Positions 21,497 to 31,091 of a DNA stretch of 64,000 bases are shown here, piece by piece (position 1 is the stretch's first letter; each line of letters starts with the position of its first letter). Under the pieces are notes generated by a model, which was not told the origin of the DNA, made no database searches, and saw nothing but the letters and a program-made list of their open reading frames with translations. Made by a program: the position numbers and the translations under genes. The stretch lies in IMG/VR virus record IMGVR_UViG_3300022895_000010, one strand, 5' to 3'. This stretch comes from a virus.

Positions 21497-21510
21497 AAGT
21501 ATATATTATA
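21497..21510 (+). promoter_or_regulatory. Early-type (virion RNAP) promoter motif
   Basis: AAGTATATATTATA, identical to the copy at 45431-45444 (-). A second TATATTAT lies at 21598-21605. Confidence 0.55.
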
Positions 21511-21632
21511 ATAAAGACTGTTTTAGTTTTTAATAAAAAATTAATTGTTTAACATAAAAAATGATAGGAGGAATGAAAATTTCTTTTTAGGGGATAATAT
21601 ATTATATAATTTAGGAGGATATAGTATATAAT

Positions 21633-21887
21633 ATGATTATAAATATTGATAATGAAACATTAATTAATTATGTAAATGTAATTCCTAAAAAAGAAATATT
21701 CTTAGTATATGTTATATACACGAATGATAAAGGTATTACAATAACTGAAGAGTTAAACCAAACATTTGACAATGAAAAAGCAGTAAATGATTTTATTCAA
21801 TATTTAAAGACTCATTACAGTCATTATTTTTTAGATATTTATACCGAAAGTAAAATAATATTAAGTGATTGGAATTATAGTTTATAG
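21633..21887 (+). CDS. Hypothetical protein
   Basis: 84-aa ORF with SD AGGAGG. Confidence 0.6.
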   Translation: MIINIDNETLINYVNVIPKKEIFLVYVIYTNDKGITITEELNQTFDNEKAVNDFIQYLKTHYSHYFLDIYTESKIILSDWNYSL

Positions 21888-21900
21888 GGGGAAGTTTTAT

Positions 21901-23217
21901 ATGCGTATTAAACCAATAGATTTTAATAAAATCTTTGATCCAAACATGGTTATCACATCAACAGATGCAGTAAATAAAGATAATGAATTTACTGATGAAG
22001 GTATTTATTCTGAGAAAATATTTGGTAGTTATCAGGATAATGATAGTATAGATAAGATTGGTTGGATTGATCTTGGACCGAATAACCATATCATTAGACC
22101 AATTGCATTTGATGCTCTTAAGAGATTATTCTTGAATAAATTAGATAAAGTTATTTCATTCAATAAAACTATCAATAAAGATGGTGAAATTGAAGATGTT
22201 ACTGAATTACTAGAAGAAATTAATATAGAAGAAGAACCGCATGTTTATACAGGTCTAGTAGAGTTTAGAGAGAATTTTGATCAAATCTTAAAAGATTATA
22301 TTGATGAAGACAAACTTAAAACAAATGATAATTATAAAAATGATTATGAATTTGTTAAATACTGGCATAGTAAAGGATTATTATTCATTAACAAGATTCC
22401 AGTATTCTCATCTAAACTTAGACCTGCTATGATGGTTGGTAAGACTTTAGTATTAGATGAAATTAATAATCACTTCAACTTTATTATTGAGTATTCAAAC
22501 GAACTTAAAGATACAATTGAAGATGGAACGGATTTAGATGATATTAAGATTCTTAAACTTCCATTACTATATCAGATTCAATTATATGCAAACCAAGTAA
22601 TGAAGACAATTATTAATGAGATTCTTAAGGGTAAGAAAGGTATCTTCCGTAAGATTATCTATGGAACACGTATTAATTTCTCTGCTCGTAACGTTATTAG
22701 TCCTATGACAGATGATGGTATGAATAATGTTCACTTACCATATAGAACATTCTTAGAACTATATAAGTTCCCATTAATCAATATTGTTTCAACAGTTAAG
22801 AATATTAACTACAATGAAGCACATAAGTTCTTTAGAAAAGCATCTAGAAAGTTCTGTCCTGAAATGTATAAGTACATGAATGAACTTATGAATAAAACTA
22901 AAGGCGGTTTACATATTCTATTAAACCGAAACCCTACAATCAATATTGGTAGTATCTTGATGTTAGAAATAACTAAGATTAAACCAAATTATGATGATCT
23001 TACATTATCTGTATCCAATAACATTTTAGCAGCTTTAGGTGGAGACTATGATGGTGACGTTCTTAATATTGTACCATTATTTACTGAATATCTTAAAGAG
23101 ACATTTAGTTTATTAAGACCAGAGAACTTAATTATCAGTAAGAATGATGGAACGTTTAATAGAGATTTTGGTTTAGATAAGGACCAAAAGTTAGGTATAC
23201 ACATTTTAAATAACTAA
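21901..23217 (+). CDS. Multisubunit RNA polymerase beta'-like subunit, N-terminal/catalytic half (probably non-virion RNAP)
   Basis: GIYSEKIFG, GKKGIFR...GTRINFSARNVISP, LLNRNPTI and the catalytic GGDYDGD. Start set at ATG 21901 (SD AGGGGG). Lies under an early-type promoter. Confidence 0.9.
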   Translation: MRIKPIDFNKIFDPNMVITSTDAVNKDNEFTDEGIYSEKIFGSYQDNDSIDKIGWIDLGPNNHIIRPIAFDALKRLFLNKLDKVISFNKTINKDGEIEDVTELLEEINIEEEPHVYTGLVEFRENFDQILKDYIDEDKLKTNDNYKNDYEFVKYWHSKGLLFINKIPVFSSKLRPAMMVGKTLVLDEINNHFNFIIEYSNELKDTIEDGTDLDDIKILKLPLLYQIQLYANQVMKTIINEILKGKKGIFRKIIYGTRINFSARNVISPMTDDGMNNVHLPYRTFLELYKFPLINIVSTVKNINYNEAHKFFRKASRKFCPEMYKYMNELMNKTKGGLHILLNRNPTINIGSILMLEITKIKPNYDDLTLSVSNNILAALGGDYDGDVLNIVPLFTEYLKETFSLLRPENLIISKNDGTFNRDFGLDKDQKLGIHILNN

Positions 23218-23221
23218 TAAT

Positions 23222-23259
23222 AAGGTAGATTTGGATTAATTTCTGAATCTACCTTTTTT
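23222..23259 (+). terminator. Intrinsic terminator
   Basis: AAGGTAGATT/AATCTACCTT stem followed by a T tract. Confidence 0.65.
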
Positions 23260-23264
23260 ATGAG

Positions 23265-24038
23265 GTGAAAACAATGCTAGAAAATACAAAGGTAAAAGTT
23301 GCTTTTCTTCAATCTGATTATAGTATGTCTGATTTAGAAAAGGATGAATGGGTTAACAAATGTAGGAGATTAGGATTATGCGATATATACAATCTTCCTA
23401 ATTATTTTAGCGGTAGATTAACTGTTGCTATTTCAAGTGACAAACAATTAGATTGGATGTCAATTGAATCATTATTACTTGATTTAGGTAAACTCTATGA
23501 TATTATAAGAGATAATCCAAATAGAATAACAATTTCGGAATTTGATATGGATATGTCTTCTAATTTTCCTAGATTTATTAATATTATAAGATATGATACT
23601 GAAACAGATTCTCATACAGCATATTGTTATGGTAGTTCGGAAATTAAAATTATTGCAATGAACACTGGAGCAATAGATGAATTAATTGGTGATATAGAAC
23701 GGATTAATATATTATCACTTAATCTTGATGTCAATAATAAAATGCATCTCAATGAAAGTGTATATAGTATTATTGATGAAGATAAAACGTTTTATTACTA
23801 TATGAATGAAATCGATCAACAAGTTAAAGTATATAAAGAAGATTTAAGAATAGTTAAAACTAAATTTAATGAATCAAATAGTCAGATACACTTTGAATTA
23901 ATATTTACAAATGATGTAGGAGAATTCTCTAAAGATATGAGGGATTTATTACTAAGTCATATGAGAGAATATATTGAAGGAAAATTCAACCAAATAAACA
24001 TGCTAAAGAATGAATTTAAAAGAATAAAGGTGAGTTAA
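23265..24038 (+). CDS. Hypothetical protein
   Basis: Long ORF. N-terminus (EKDEWVNKCRRLG) resembles the next ORF. Confidence 0.6.
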   Translation: MKTMLENTKVKVAFLQSDYSMSDLEKDEWVNKCRRLGLCDIYNLPNYFSGRLTVAISSDKQLDWMSIESLLLDLGKLYDIIRDNPNRITISEFDMDMSSNFPRFINIIRYDTETDSHTAYCYGSSEIKIIAMNTGAIDELIGDIERINILSLNLDVNNKMHLNESVYSIIDEDKTFYYYMNEIDQQVKVYKEDLRIVKTKFNESNSQIHFELIFTNDVGEFSKDMRDLLLSHMREYIEGKFNQINMLKNEFKRIKVS

Positions 24039-24039
24039 T

Positions 24040-24786
24040 ATGATAAAGGTATCAATGATAAATGTAGAACTTACGAGTCAAGAAAAAGAAAATAATTGGC
24101 GTGAAAAATGTATTCAATTAGGTTTTAATAGGTTTTATGAAGATGATTTATATTTAATAGGCACTGATAGAGAATTAAATTTTCATGATCAAAACGAAAT
24201 ATTTGATACACTTATCCCTTGTTTTAGTATGTTAAATCATTATGATGATAGAGATGAATTTGATACTAAATTCCTTATGGATCAATACGGATTATGGTAT
24301 GTTCAAATGGTTAAAAGAACCGAAGATGGCGCAATTGTTACATTAGAAGGAGATGATGAAGATATTCAAGTTATATCAACTGAATTTGAATATAATTATA
24401 TTCCTGAAACTAAGATAAATCCTTTTTCAATTCCAACTCCAAAAGAAGAAGGTTTAGGTAAATTATATAAATATGGAATATTCCTTGGGACTGATGGTAA
24501 AGTAAACGTAATTGAAGATTCATTTATTATAAAAAGAATTACAGATAAAAGCATCATTGTATATCCAAATAAATTAAATATAAGTAGAATTAAAATAGAT
24601 AATTTAAATGAAGTTAATTTTAGAAGTGAAAGGTCAAATGATAAGAATTTCTATACGTTTTATTTAAAGAATGAAGAAACTGATATAGATAAAATAAAAA
24701 ATAATTTAAAAAACAGAGTAGTAAGTTATGTTAAGGAAGGTTCTAGACTTTCAGAAACATGGGATAAAAAATTAGAATTATTGTAA
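24040..24786 (+). CDS. Hypothetical protein
   Basis: Long ORF with N-terminus KENNWREKCIQLG. Confidence 0.6.
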   Translation: MIKVSMINVELTSQEKENNWREKCIQLGFNRFYEDDLYLIGTDRELNFHDQNEIFDTLIPCFSMLNHYDDRDEFDTKFLMDQYGLWYVQMVKRTEDGAIVTLEGDDEDIQVISTEFEYNYIPETKINPFSIPTPKEEGLGKLYKYGIFLGTDGKVNVIEDSFIIKRITDKSIIVYPNKLNISRIKIDNLNEVNFRSERSNDKNFYTFYLKNEETDIDKIKNNLKNRVVSYVKEGSRLSETWDKKLELL

Positions 24787-24801
24787 TTGGAGGAGATTTT
24801 T

Positions 24802-25191
24802 ATGAGCAATAAATTAGTTTGCATTAAGATTACAGCAGAATTAAAAACTGTTGATGGGGAACGTAAGTATGTATCTAACTTCGAACAAGCTGAAGCAGAT
24901 ATTTTAAAGAATACCGATAGAACTTTAAAAATAATGGCTTCAGGTAATCGTTGGGTATTTGATTCTAGAACTGTAATTAATAAAACTGAATTGAATCAAA
25001 TTGTTAAATCAAGCTTCTACGTTTTAAGTCTTAGAATGTGGTTTATTAAAGGTGAGAAAGATATTGAAGAAGCTAAGAAATTATTGAGACAAGAGTATGA
25101 AAAAGAAGTACTTAAAGAATACAATAAAATATTAAGCATTAAAGAAACATTTGAGAACGGTGACTGGACAGGAGATGATTCTGTTGAGTAA
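24802..25191 (+). CDS. Hypothetical protein (paralogue of next gene)
   Basis: ATG 24802 with SD GGAGG. Clear end-to-end similarity to 25175..25567. Confidence 0.65.
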   Translation: MSNKLVCIKITAELKTVDGERKYVSNFEQAEADILKNTDRTLKIMASGNRWVFDSRTVINKTELNQIVKSSFYVLSLRMWFIKGEKDIEEAKKLLRQEYEKEVLKEYNKILSIKETFENGDWTGDDSVE

Positions 25192-25567
25192 GAAATTAAT
25201 TGGTGTTAGTATCAAAGCAGTAAGTAAACGTGGAGATGACGGTAAATTAAAATACGTAACAGCTTTCAGACAGGGTGAATCAGAAATCCTAAAAGAAACT
25301 GATAAGACAATTTCAATAGGTGGTAAAGATCGTTTTATATTTAATTCTAGAGTACTAATCAATAAGAGAGAATTAAATCAACTGCAGAGATACGACTTTG
25401 GTGAAATGACTTATTATGTATGGTTTATTGAAGGTGAACGAGATATTAAAATCGTTAAAGATGAATTGAAACGTAGATATGAAGAGGATTTAGAAAAGTT
25501 ATGGTCTAAAGCCAGAGGTCTAAAAGAATCATTTGAAACTGGAGATTGGAGTGGTAGAGATGAATAA
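25175..25567 (+). CDS. Hypothetical protein (paralogue of previous gene)
   Basis: ILKETDKT..FNSRVLINKRELNQ..WFIEGE..FETGDWSG is shared. The exact start (25175 or TTG 25184) is uncertain. Confidence 0.6.
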   Translation: MILLSKKLIGVSIKAVSKRGDDGKLKYVTAFRQGESEILKETDKTISIGGKDRFIFNSRVLINKRELNQLQRYDFGEMTYYVWFIEGERDIKIVKDELKRRYEEDLEKLWSKARGLKESFETGDWSGRDE

Positions 25568-26396
25568 AGTTTTCTTTGATATTAAATTTACTGGATTACA
25601 TTTAGATGCACAACCAATTTCAATTGGATTAGTTGACCATCAAAATAAACGTTCATTCTATGCAGAATTTATTGATTTTGATAAAACATTAATTGATGCT
25701 TGGACTGAAGATAATATTGTAGGTAATTTAAAATTCAAAAATCATGCTTTCCTTAAAGAAATTACTAAGACTCATACATTTAGTTTAAGTGAAACAATTA
25801 CAACAACGTATATGAAAGACAATAAAGAAAATATCTCAAATGAATTAAATCGTTGGTTAGATTATTATAAAGATTTAGAAGAATCTGATGTACAATTCGT
25901 TTCAGATTGTTCTCATTATGATTTTGCTTTATTAATTGATTTAATTTGCGGTAATGCTCTTAAACTACCATCTTATATCACACCAGTATGTGATGATATT
26001 AATACTTTAATTGCAGACTATTACGATGTAAGTTTAGCTACTGCATTTGATTATAGACGTAATAATATTATTATACGTTTTGTAGTGGATGGTTTTACTA
26101 ATATGATGACTGCAGGATCTTTAAGCGGTTCTAAAGCTAATGAAAAAGCATTAATTAATTTCTATATTTACAATCTATTATCAAGAAATAGTATTTATTT
26201 TAATACTATTGAAATTATGGAACCTACTAGAGCAGTTGTAGCTCGTCATCATCGTTTAGTATTAATTAAAGAAATTGATACAGATAAGTTCTCAATTGGT
26301 CATGCTGATATTAATGGTATTTATAGTACTGAATTAACATTTGATACTATGGATGAAGCGGCTAAAGAATTTCAAGAAAGAAAAAAATTCATGTAA
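25560..26396 (+). CDS. DEDDh 3'-5' exonuclease-like protein, probably degenerate
   Basis: VFFDIKFTGL..PISIGLV..SFYAE and VSDCSHYDF motifs. The expected DxE reads DIK. Confidence 0.65.
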   Translation: MNKVFFDIKFTGLHLDAQPISIGLVDHQNKRSFYAEFIDFDKTLIDAWTEDNIVGNLKFKNHAFLKEITKTHTFSLSETITTTYMKDNKENISNELNRWLDYYKDLEESDVQFVSDCSHYDFALLIDLICGNALKLPSYITPVCDDINTLIADYYDVSLATAFDYRRNNIIIRFVVDGFTNMMTAGSLSGSKANEKALINFYIYNLLSRNSIYFNTIEIMEPTRAVVARHHRLVLIKEIDTDKFSIGHADINGIYSTELTFDTMDEAAKEFQERKKFM

Positions 26397-26410
26397 GGGG
26401 TGCTTTAGGG

Positions 26411-26659
26411 ATGGAAATTTCTATGGAGAAAATTAAAAGAGTAGTAGATGAGTTTAATAGTAGTAAAAATGTTTCAATTGTTACTAAACATACAGAGATT
26501 AGAAACATTGTTGTAAATGCATTTAAAGTAAACGCTATGTATGTGAGTGTTGATCCATCATTAAATACAGATATTGATTTAGAATATAATTACAACACAG
26601 AGTTCATTAATGATATGAACATGCATCAAGACGGTGGAGGTGCTAATATTCAATGTTAG
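26411..26659 (+). CDS. Small hypothetical protein overlapping mazF-like gene
   Basis: 82 aa with acidic C-terminus and 7-nt overlap with the downstream gene. Confidence 0.55.
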   Translation: MEISMEKIKRVVDEFNSSKNVSIVTKHTEIRNIVVNAFKVNAMYVSVDPSLNTDIDLEYNYNTEFINDMNMHQDGGGANIQC

Positions 26660-27018
26660 GAAGTCTATTAAGGGGAGATATTTGTGATGTAGAATTTACT
26701 AATCAAGACAAAGAATCTCACATTCAAAACGGTAAAAGACCTTGTATTATTATCAGTAATAATAAAAATAATCTATTCAGTCCAGTAGTAACAGTTATTC
26801 CCTTAACGACTTCTAAGAGTAAGAGCCAAATACCTACACACGTTCTTATTAAGAAAAATAAAGACAATAGATTATTAGATCACTCAACAGCACTTTGCGA
26901 ATCAGTTTGTCCAGTAGAAAAGAAATATGTTAGCACATACAGTATTGGTAAATTAGATGCGAGTACAATGAGACAGATAGAAAAAGCAATAAATATTCAT
27001 CTAGGAATGACAGGATAA
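26653..27018 (+). CDS. mazF: MazF/PemK-family endoribonuclease
   Basis: RGDI..V.F....Q.GKRPCIIISNN..N..SPVVTVIPLTT...PTHV...STALCE signature. Confidence 0.9.
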   Translation: MLGSLLRGDICDVEFTNQDKESHIQNGKRPCIIISNNKNNLFSPVVTVIPLTTSKSKSQIPTHVLIKKNKDNRLLDHSTALCESVCPVEKKYVSTYSIGKLDASTMRQIEKAINIHLGMTG

Positions 27019-27050
27019 AGGAATCTCTTTTTAGAGGTTTCTTTATCTTT
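27014..27050 (+). terminator. Terminator-like hairpin
   Basis: GATAAAG...CTTTATC extended inverted repeat. Confidence 0.55.
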
Positions 27051-27070
27051 AAATATAAAAAATGTCATTA

Positions 27071-27082
27071 AACATAAAAGTA
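27071..27082 (+). promoter_or_regulatory. Late promoter motif AACA-N6-TA
   Basis: AACA-taaaag-TA upstream of SD AGGAGG. Confidence 0.5.
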
Positions 27083-27112
27083 ATTTTATTTACACTAGGA
27101 GGAGAAATTTTT

Positions 27113-27385
27113 ATGCAACAACAAACAGGGTTACAGGATCTAGAAAGAGTAATACAGTCAGCTTATAACGAGAATCATGAATACATGGCTGTATTAATAA
27201 GTCTTCCAGGACAGGAAGAACCAGAACTTATTACCAATAAAATTGGTAGTATGAAATCTAAGTTAAAATATTATAAGGACAATTATAATGATGACTTAAC
27301 ACTGAAGCATAATCCAAATGTTAAAATTGTTGGTTATGTAAGTTCTTATAGTCTGGAAGGCTTAGGGATATTACTAGATTTCTAA
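27113..27385 (+). CDS. Hypothetical phage protein
   Basis: Start moved to ATG 27113 (SD AGGAGG). PELITN..KLKYYK..YNDDLTLKHN motif as seen in Bacillota phage proteins. Confidence 0.6.
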   Translation: MQQQTGLQDLERVIQSAYNENHEYMAVLISLPGQEEPELITNKIGSMKSKLKYYKDNYNDDLTLKHNPNVKIVGYVSSYSLEGLGILLDF

Positions 27386-27467
27386 ATGTTATTAGAAGGA
27401 TATCATCATAACGATGGTATCCTTTTATTTTTTTTTTTATACTACATAATAAAGGGGATATATAAAG

Positions 27468-27851
27468 ATGTCAATAGTAAACTTAGAAGCAATTGATAAA
27501 ATGAATAAAGCTTTAACATTATTAGATAATGGAGAATCTATTGGAACAGAACATCTAGCAGGTAAAGTAATAATGAATTTAGACTTAGGTCTATGGATAA
27601 AAGTATGGTATACAATGGATAGAGAGGTATATTTTATTGATATGCGTGGTAAACGTGTTAAAGGGAAATTAGTAAAAGGTGATGATAATAACTTATATGT
27701 AGAGTTAGATGATACAACTAGATTGCTACTATTAAGGATTAATGAAACAATGCATTATAATTACACACCTTATTATGATATTGAATCTAAGAGCAGTTTT
27801 AAAGGAGAGAGAATAAGTGAAATTGACATGTATTGGAAATCAAGTATGTAG
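27468..27851 (+). CDS. Hypothetical protein
   Basis: ORF with SD AGGGG. Confidence 0.6.
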   Translation: MSIVNLEAIDKMNKALTLLDNGESIGTEHLAGKVIMNLDLGLWIKVWYTMDREVYFIDMRGKRVKGKLVKGDDNNLYVELDDTTRLLLLRINETMHYNYTPYYDIESKSSFKGERISEIDMYWKSSM

Positions 27852-28065
27852 TCCTAAATACGGAGCACAGAAAATTATTCAGCTAGACAATCTTGATATG
27901 CAACAATTTATTTTTGAAAACCGTGATAGAGGAAGAAAGATGTTTTTCAGGGATTTTAAAGATGACCTAATAGAAGGAGAAATAATTACGACTTACAATG
28001 ACCTAATAATGTTTAAGACTGAGGAAGACACCTACTCTTTCTTAGACAAAGTAAAGGAGGAATAG
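27817..28065 (+). CDS. Hypothetical protein
   Basis: GTG start with SD AAGGAG, fills the gap between neighbours. Confidence 0.5.
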   Translation: MKLTCIGNQVCSPKYGAQKIIQLDNLDMQQFIFENRDRGRKMFFRDFKDDLIEGEIITTYNDLIMFKTEEDTYSFLDKVKEE

Positions 28066-28068
28066 AAT

Positions 28069-29334
28069 ATGTCTACTATTAAGGATAATCATAAAGTAAT
28101 CACCTGTAAGACATCAACTACATTCGCTTATATGGTTGGTGGGATTACAAGCTTTGCTTCAAGTTTCTTTATGTCTAAGTTTCCTAAAGGTTATTTTAAA
28201 AAGCTATTTATTATAGACTCCTTTAATTCAACTAATATGAGAAATGAAGACTTCTATGAACAGTCTACACCTTATATTTCTATCCAACCAGTCTTTGAAG
28301 TAGGTAATACATTCACCGAAATGCAACCCTATTGGCAAACTACTAACTATTGGATATTTAGAAATAAGATTAAGAACTATACACCAGTATTAAAGGATAA
28401 AGAATCAGGTATTAATATCTATGCAGTACCTAGTAGAGTTAAAGTTAATTTCAATATATCTATTAAGTTACCTACTGTTATGAGTGCTTATGAATCTATG
28501 CATTATATTACACAGAACTTTGAGACTACTGGTTATAATTATATTAATGATATTAAGTTACAAACAGAGATTCCTCCTTCATATATTAAGATTATTGCTA
28601 AGACGTTAAAGTTAGATGTTAATAATAAAGAGGATAAAGATAAATTGAATGAGTTCTTATTATCACATTCTTATAGCGGTATTCAAGAGATAATCAATAT
28701 GTCTACAGGACGCCCTAGTCATATGTATAATCTTAATTCAAATATATTAGTTAATTATCCTGATACTGCTACGTTTGAAAAGAATAATGAAGGAGCTGTA
28801 GTAAAAGATACTGTTGTTAAGTACTCTTTCAGTATGGAGACTTGGATTCCTTCTAACTATATTATGGAAGTACCAGATTCTAATATGATTATCGATGAAG
28901 AAGAGGATAACTTAGTAGATGAGAAAGGTAATTATAAGTTTAATCTTATCTTTAAGAAGGACTATATAGAGCACGAATTAGATGGCAAACATTTATTAGT
29001 GAAGAAATCATATATTCCTGATGTTAATGTAGAATATGATTTATTAGAGTTTGAACCAATTATTAGTGAAGAAGTTATTAGTGTATTAAAAAAATTGAAG
29101 GAATATAACAAGAATATAAGTAATGTGATGAAAGCTATAGTATATATTAATGGTAGGGAATTATCTGAAAGTCTTTATGATGTGGATTGGGATAATTATA
29201 CTCTTAAGACATTTCATCCATTAAGCAATAAAACCTATACAATACTATTATATGGTAATTTACCTATATTGAATCAAGCTTCTGATTATATTCAGAATGG
29301 TGTAGAGAGAAAAATAGCACATATGAGATTTTAA
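28069..29334 (+). CDS. Hypothetical, likely virion structural protein
   Basis: 421-aa ORF with SD AAGGAGG. No catalytic motif recognised. Confidence 0.45.
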   Translation: MSTIKDNHKVITCKTSTTFAYMVGGITSFASSFFMSKFPKGYFKKLFIIDSFNSTNMRNEDFYEQSTPYISIQPVFEVGNTFTEMQPYWQTTNYWIFRNKIKNYTPVLKDKESGINIYAVPSRVKVNFNISIKLPTVMSAYESMHYITQNFETTGYNYINDIKLQTEIPPSYIKIIAKTLKLDVNNKEDKDKLNEFLLSHSYSGIQEIINMSTGRPSHMYNLNSNILVNYPDTATFEKNNEGAVVKDTVVKYSFSMETWIPSNYIMEVPDSNMIIDEEEDNLVDEKGNYKFNLIFKKDYIEHELDGKHLLVKKSYIPDVNVEYDLLEFEPIISEEVISVLKKLKEYNKNISNVMKAIVYINGRELSESLYDVDWDNYTLKTFHPLSNKTYTILLYGNLPILNQASDYIQNGVERKIAHMRF

Positions 29335-29352
29335 TAAGGGAGAGAATATACT

Positions 29353-29724
29353 ATGTTTGAAAATTGGTTTACTAAGAGAAAAGCATTAAAGAATGGTTTT
29401 GAAATAGTAGATATTAAAGTAGAGAATAGTTTAACTGCTCGTATCTATTATAAATTAACTAGTCTATGTCAAGTTAAGAGTGAAACCATTACTATTCATT
29501 CAGGTACATTAGAAGGAGCTATTAATGAGAGAATTAATCAGTTAAAGAAGCTCTCAGCTAATGGTATGGTTAATCATGGTTATGAAGCTGATTTGAATAG
29601 AAAGTTTAATACTGCTTCATATAGACGTGGTGATAAACCTTCTATTACTAATGCAATTGCTAGACCAGATGGTCCAAGACTAAGAGAGAAACCTTCAGAA
29701 CCTAATCGTATTGGATTTTATTAA
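29353..29724 (+). CDS. Hypothetical protein
   Basis: Shares its leader and N-terminal pattern with the next ORF. Confidence 0.6.
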   Translation: MFENWFTKRKALKNGFEIVDIKVENSLTARIYYKLTSLCQVKSETITIHSGTLEGAINERINQLKKLSANGMVNHGYEADLNRKFNTASYRRGDKPSITNAIARPDGPRLREKPSEPNRIGFY

Positions 29725-29742
29725 TAAAGGAGAGAATATACT

Positions 29743-30390
29743 ATGGAACAATGGGAAATTAATTATATTAAGGCTAAACAATTAGGATTTGTATTAATGA
29801 ATATTGAGCATATCAATCCAGTTACAGTTCTAATTAAATTTAGAGAAGGTAAGAACATTGATGAACGAAGAGTGATTAAAAATAAAATGATTACAGTATC
29901 ACCTGAAATGGTTCATTTACTTAAAGAAAGAGTGGAAGATGAGATTAATAATCTGATACTTCAAACTATTATCCCTCTTAAGGGAAGACCAATGAGAACT
30001 GATTTAGAAATGGAATTGAATGAGAAGTACAATACAATCTCTAATATAATGGGTTCAATTGCAGATAATATTAAAGAACTTGCTGAAAATTATGATTTCG
30101 ATAAACCTCTTGAAGAAGAAGTTAAAGTTGAAATACAATTACCTCCAATGGAAGTAGCTACAGTTGAAATTGATTTAAATGATCCTGCTCCATTTATAAG
30201 ACAAATGAGAGCTGAAAAAGCTAATGAATCATGTATTAAAATGGTTGACGAATACCTAGAGGAGAATAAGAAAAAAGAAGGCGAAGAAGAGATTCTAGTT
30301 ACACAATTAGTTCCAGCAGATGTTGTTAATATGAATATGGAAATAGACGGTATTAAAAAACCTATAGAAGATTATAATAATAATAAATAA
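29743..30390 (+). CDS. Hypothetical protein
   Basis: Leader GGAGAGAATATACTATG is identical to that of the previous gene. Confidence 0.6.
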   Translation: MEQWEINYIKAKQLGFVLMNIEHINPVTVLIKFREGKNIDERRVIKNKMITVSPEMVHLLKERVEDEINNLILQTIIPLKGRPMRTDLEMELNEKYNTISNIMGSIADNIKELAENYDFDKPLEEEVKVEIQLPPMEVATVEIDLNDPAPFIRQMRAEKANESCIKMVDEYLEENKKKEGEEEILVTQLVPADVVNMNMEIDGIKKPIEDYNNNK

Positions 30391-30407
30391 TAAAAGTGAT
30401 AAATGAT

Positions 30408-31052
30408 TCAATACGAATCATTTATCACATCTCTAGTCTTTAGAACGTCATCCTCACTGTATGTTACATCTGCTCTAGTCATTTCCACTAATTCATTATA
30501 ATTTTCAATTTCCTCATCTGTTAAAGCTACGTAATATTTATTAATGAACTCATTTAAATCCCCATATACCTGATTCAAACTAACAAAGATTTGTTTAGCA
30601 TGAACTAATTCATGTACAGTAGTACTTAAAGGAGTTACACCAATTATATTATCATAGTGATCCAATAATACTTGTCTAGATATAATAAAAGTATTGAATG
30701 GTTTTTCCTCTAATATATGCTTATTCACACATAGTTGAACAATATCATAAAGAGTAAAAGGATAGTGATGGAATTCAATAATTGCATTATCATGATCAAT
30801 ATAACCTAATACAGAACAATTTTTTAAACCTACAGTATTTTTAAGGAATCCTATATAGGTTTTATATTCATTACTAGACCTAATCATTCGTTCACATCCT
30901 TTAATAAAACGTTTCAATTTCTTATCATCAAAGAAGTCAGTAAAGTAATAAGTTTCAGCAAAAATACCTTCTGTATTAGATAGTTCAATATTAGAGTCTG
31001 TTACTTTACTCTTAATATTAACAATATTATTTGGGGTTACAATTTTTTTCAT
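30408..31052 (-). CDS. HNH-like (His-rich) jumbo-phage protein, paralogue A
   Basis: C..LG....IEFHHYPFTLYDIV...IGVTPLSTTVHELVH. SD AAGGAGG. Confidence 0.6.
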   Translation of the reverse strand: MKKIVTPNNIVNIKSKVTDSNIELSNTEGIFAETYYFTDFFDDKKLKRFIKGCERMIRSSNEYKTYIGFLKNTVGLKNCSVLGYIDHDNAIIEFHHYPFTLYDIVQLCVNKHILEEKPFNTFIISRQVLLDHYDNIIGVTPLSTTVHELVHAKQIFVSLNQVYGDLNEFINKYYVALTDEEIENYNELVEMTRADVTYSEDDVLKTRDVINDSY

Positions 31053-31067
31053 TTTAAAACCTCCTTA

Positions 31068-31091
31068 AACAAAAGATTATATTTTTATGTT
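31068..31091. promoter_or_regulatory. Two abutting late promoter motifs in opposite orientation
   Basis: AACAaaagatTA (+, 31068-31079) and AACAtaaaaaTA (-, 31080-31091) between divergent genes. Confidence 0.55.
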
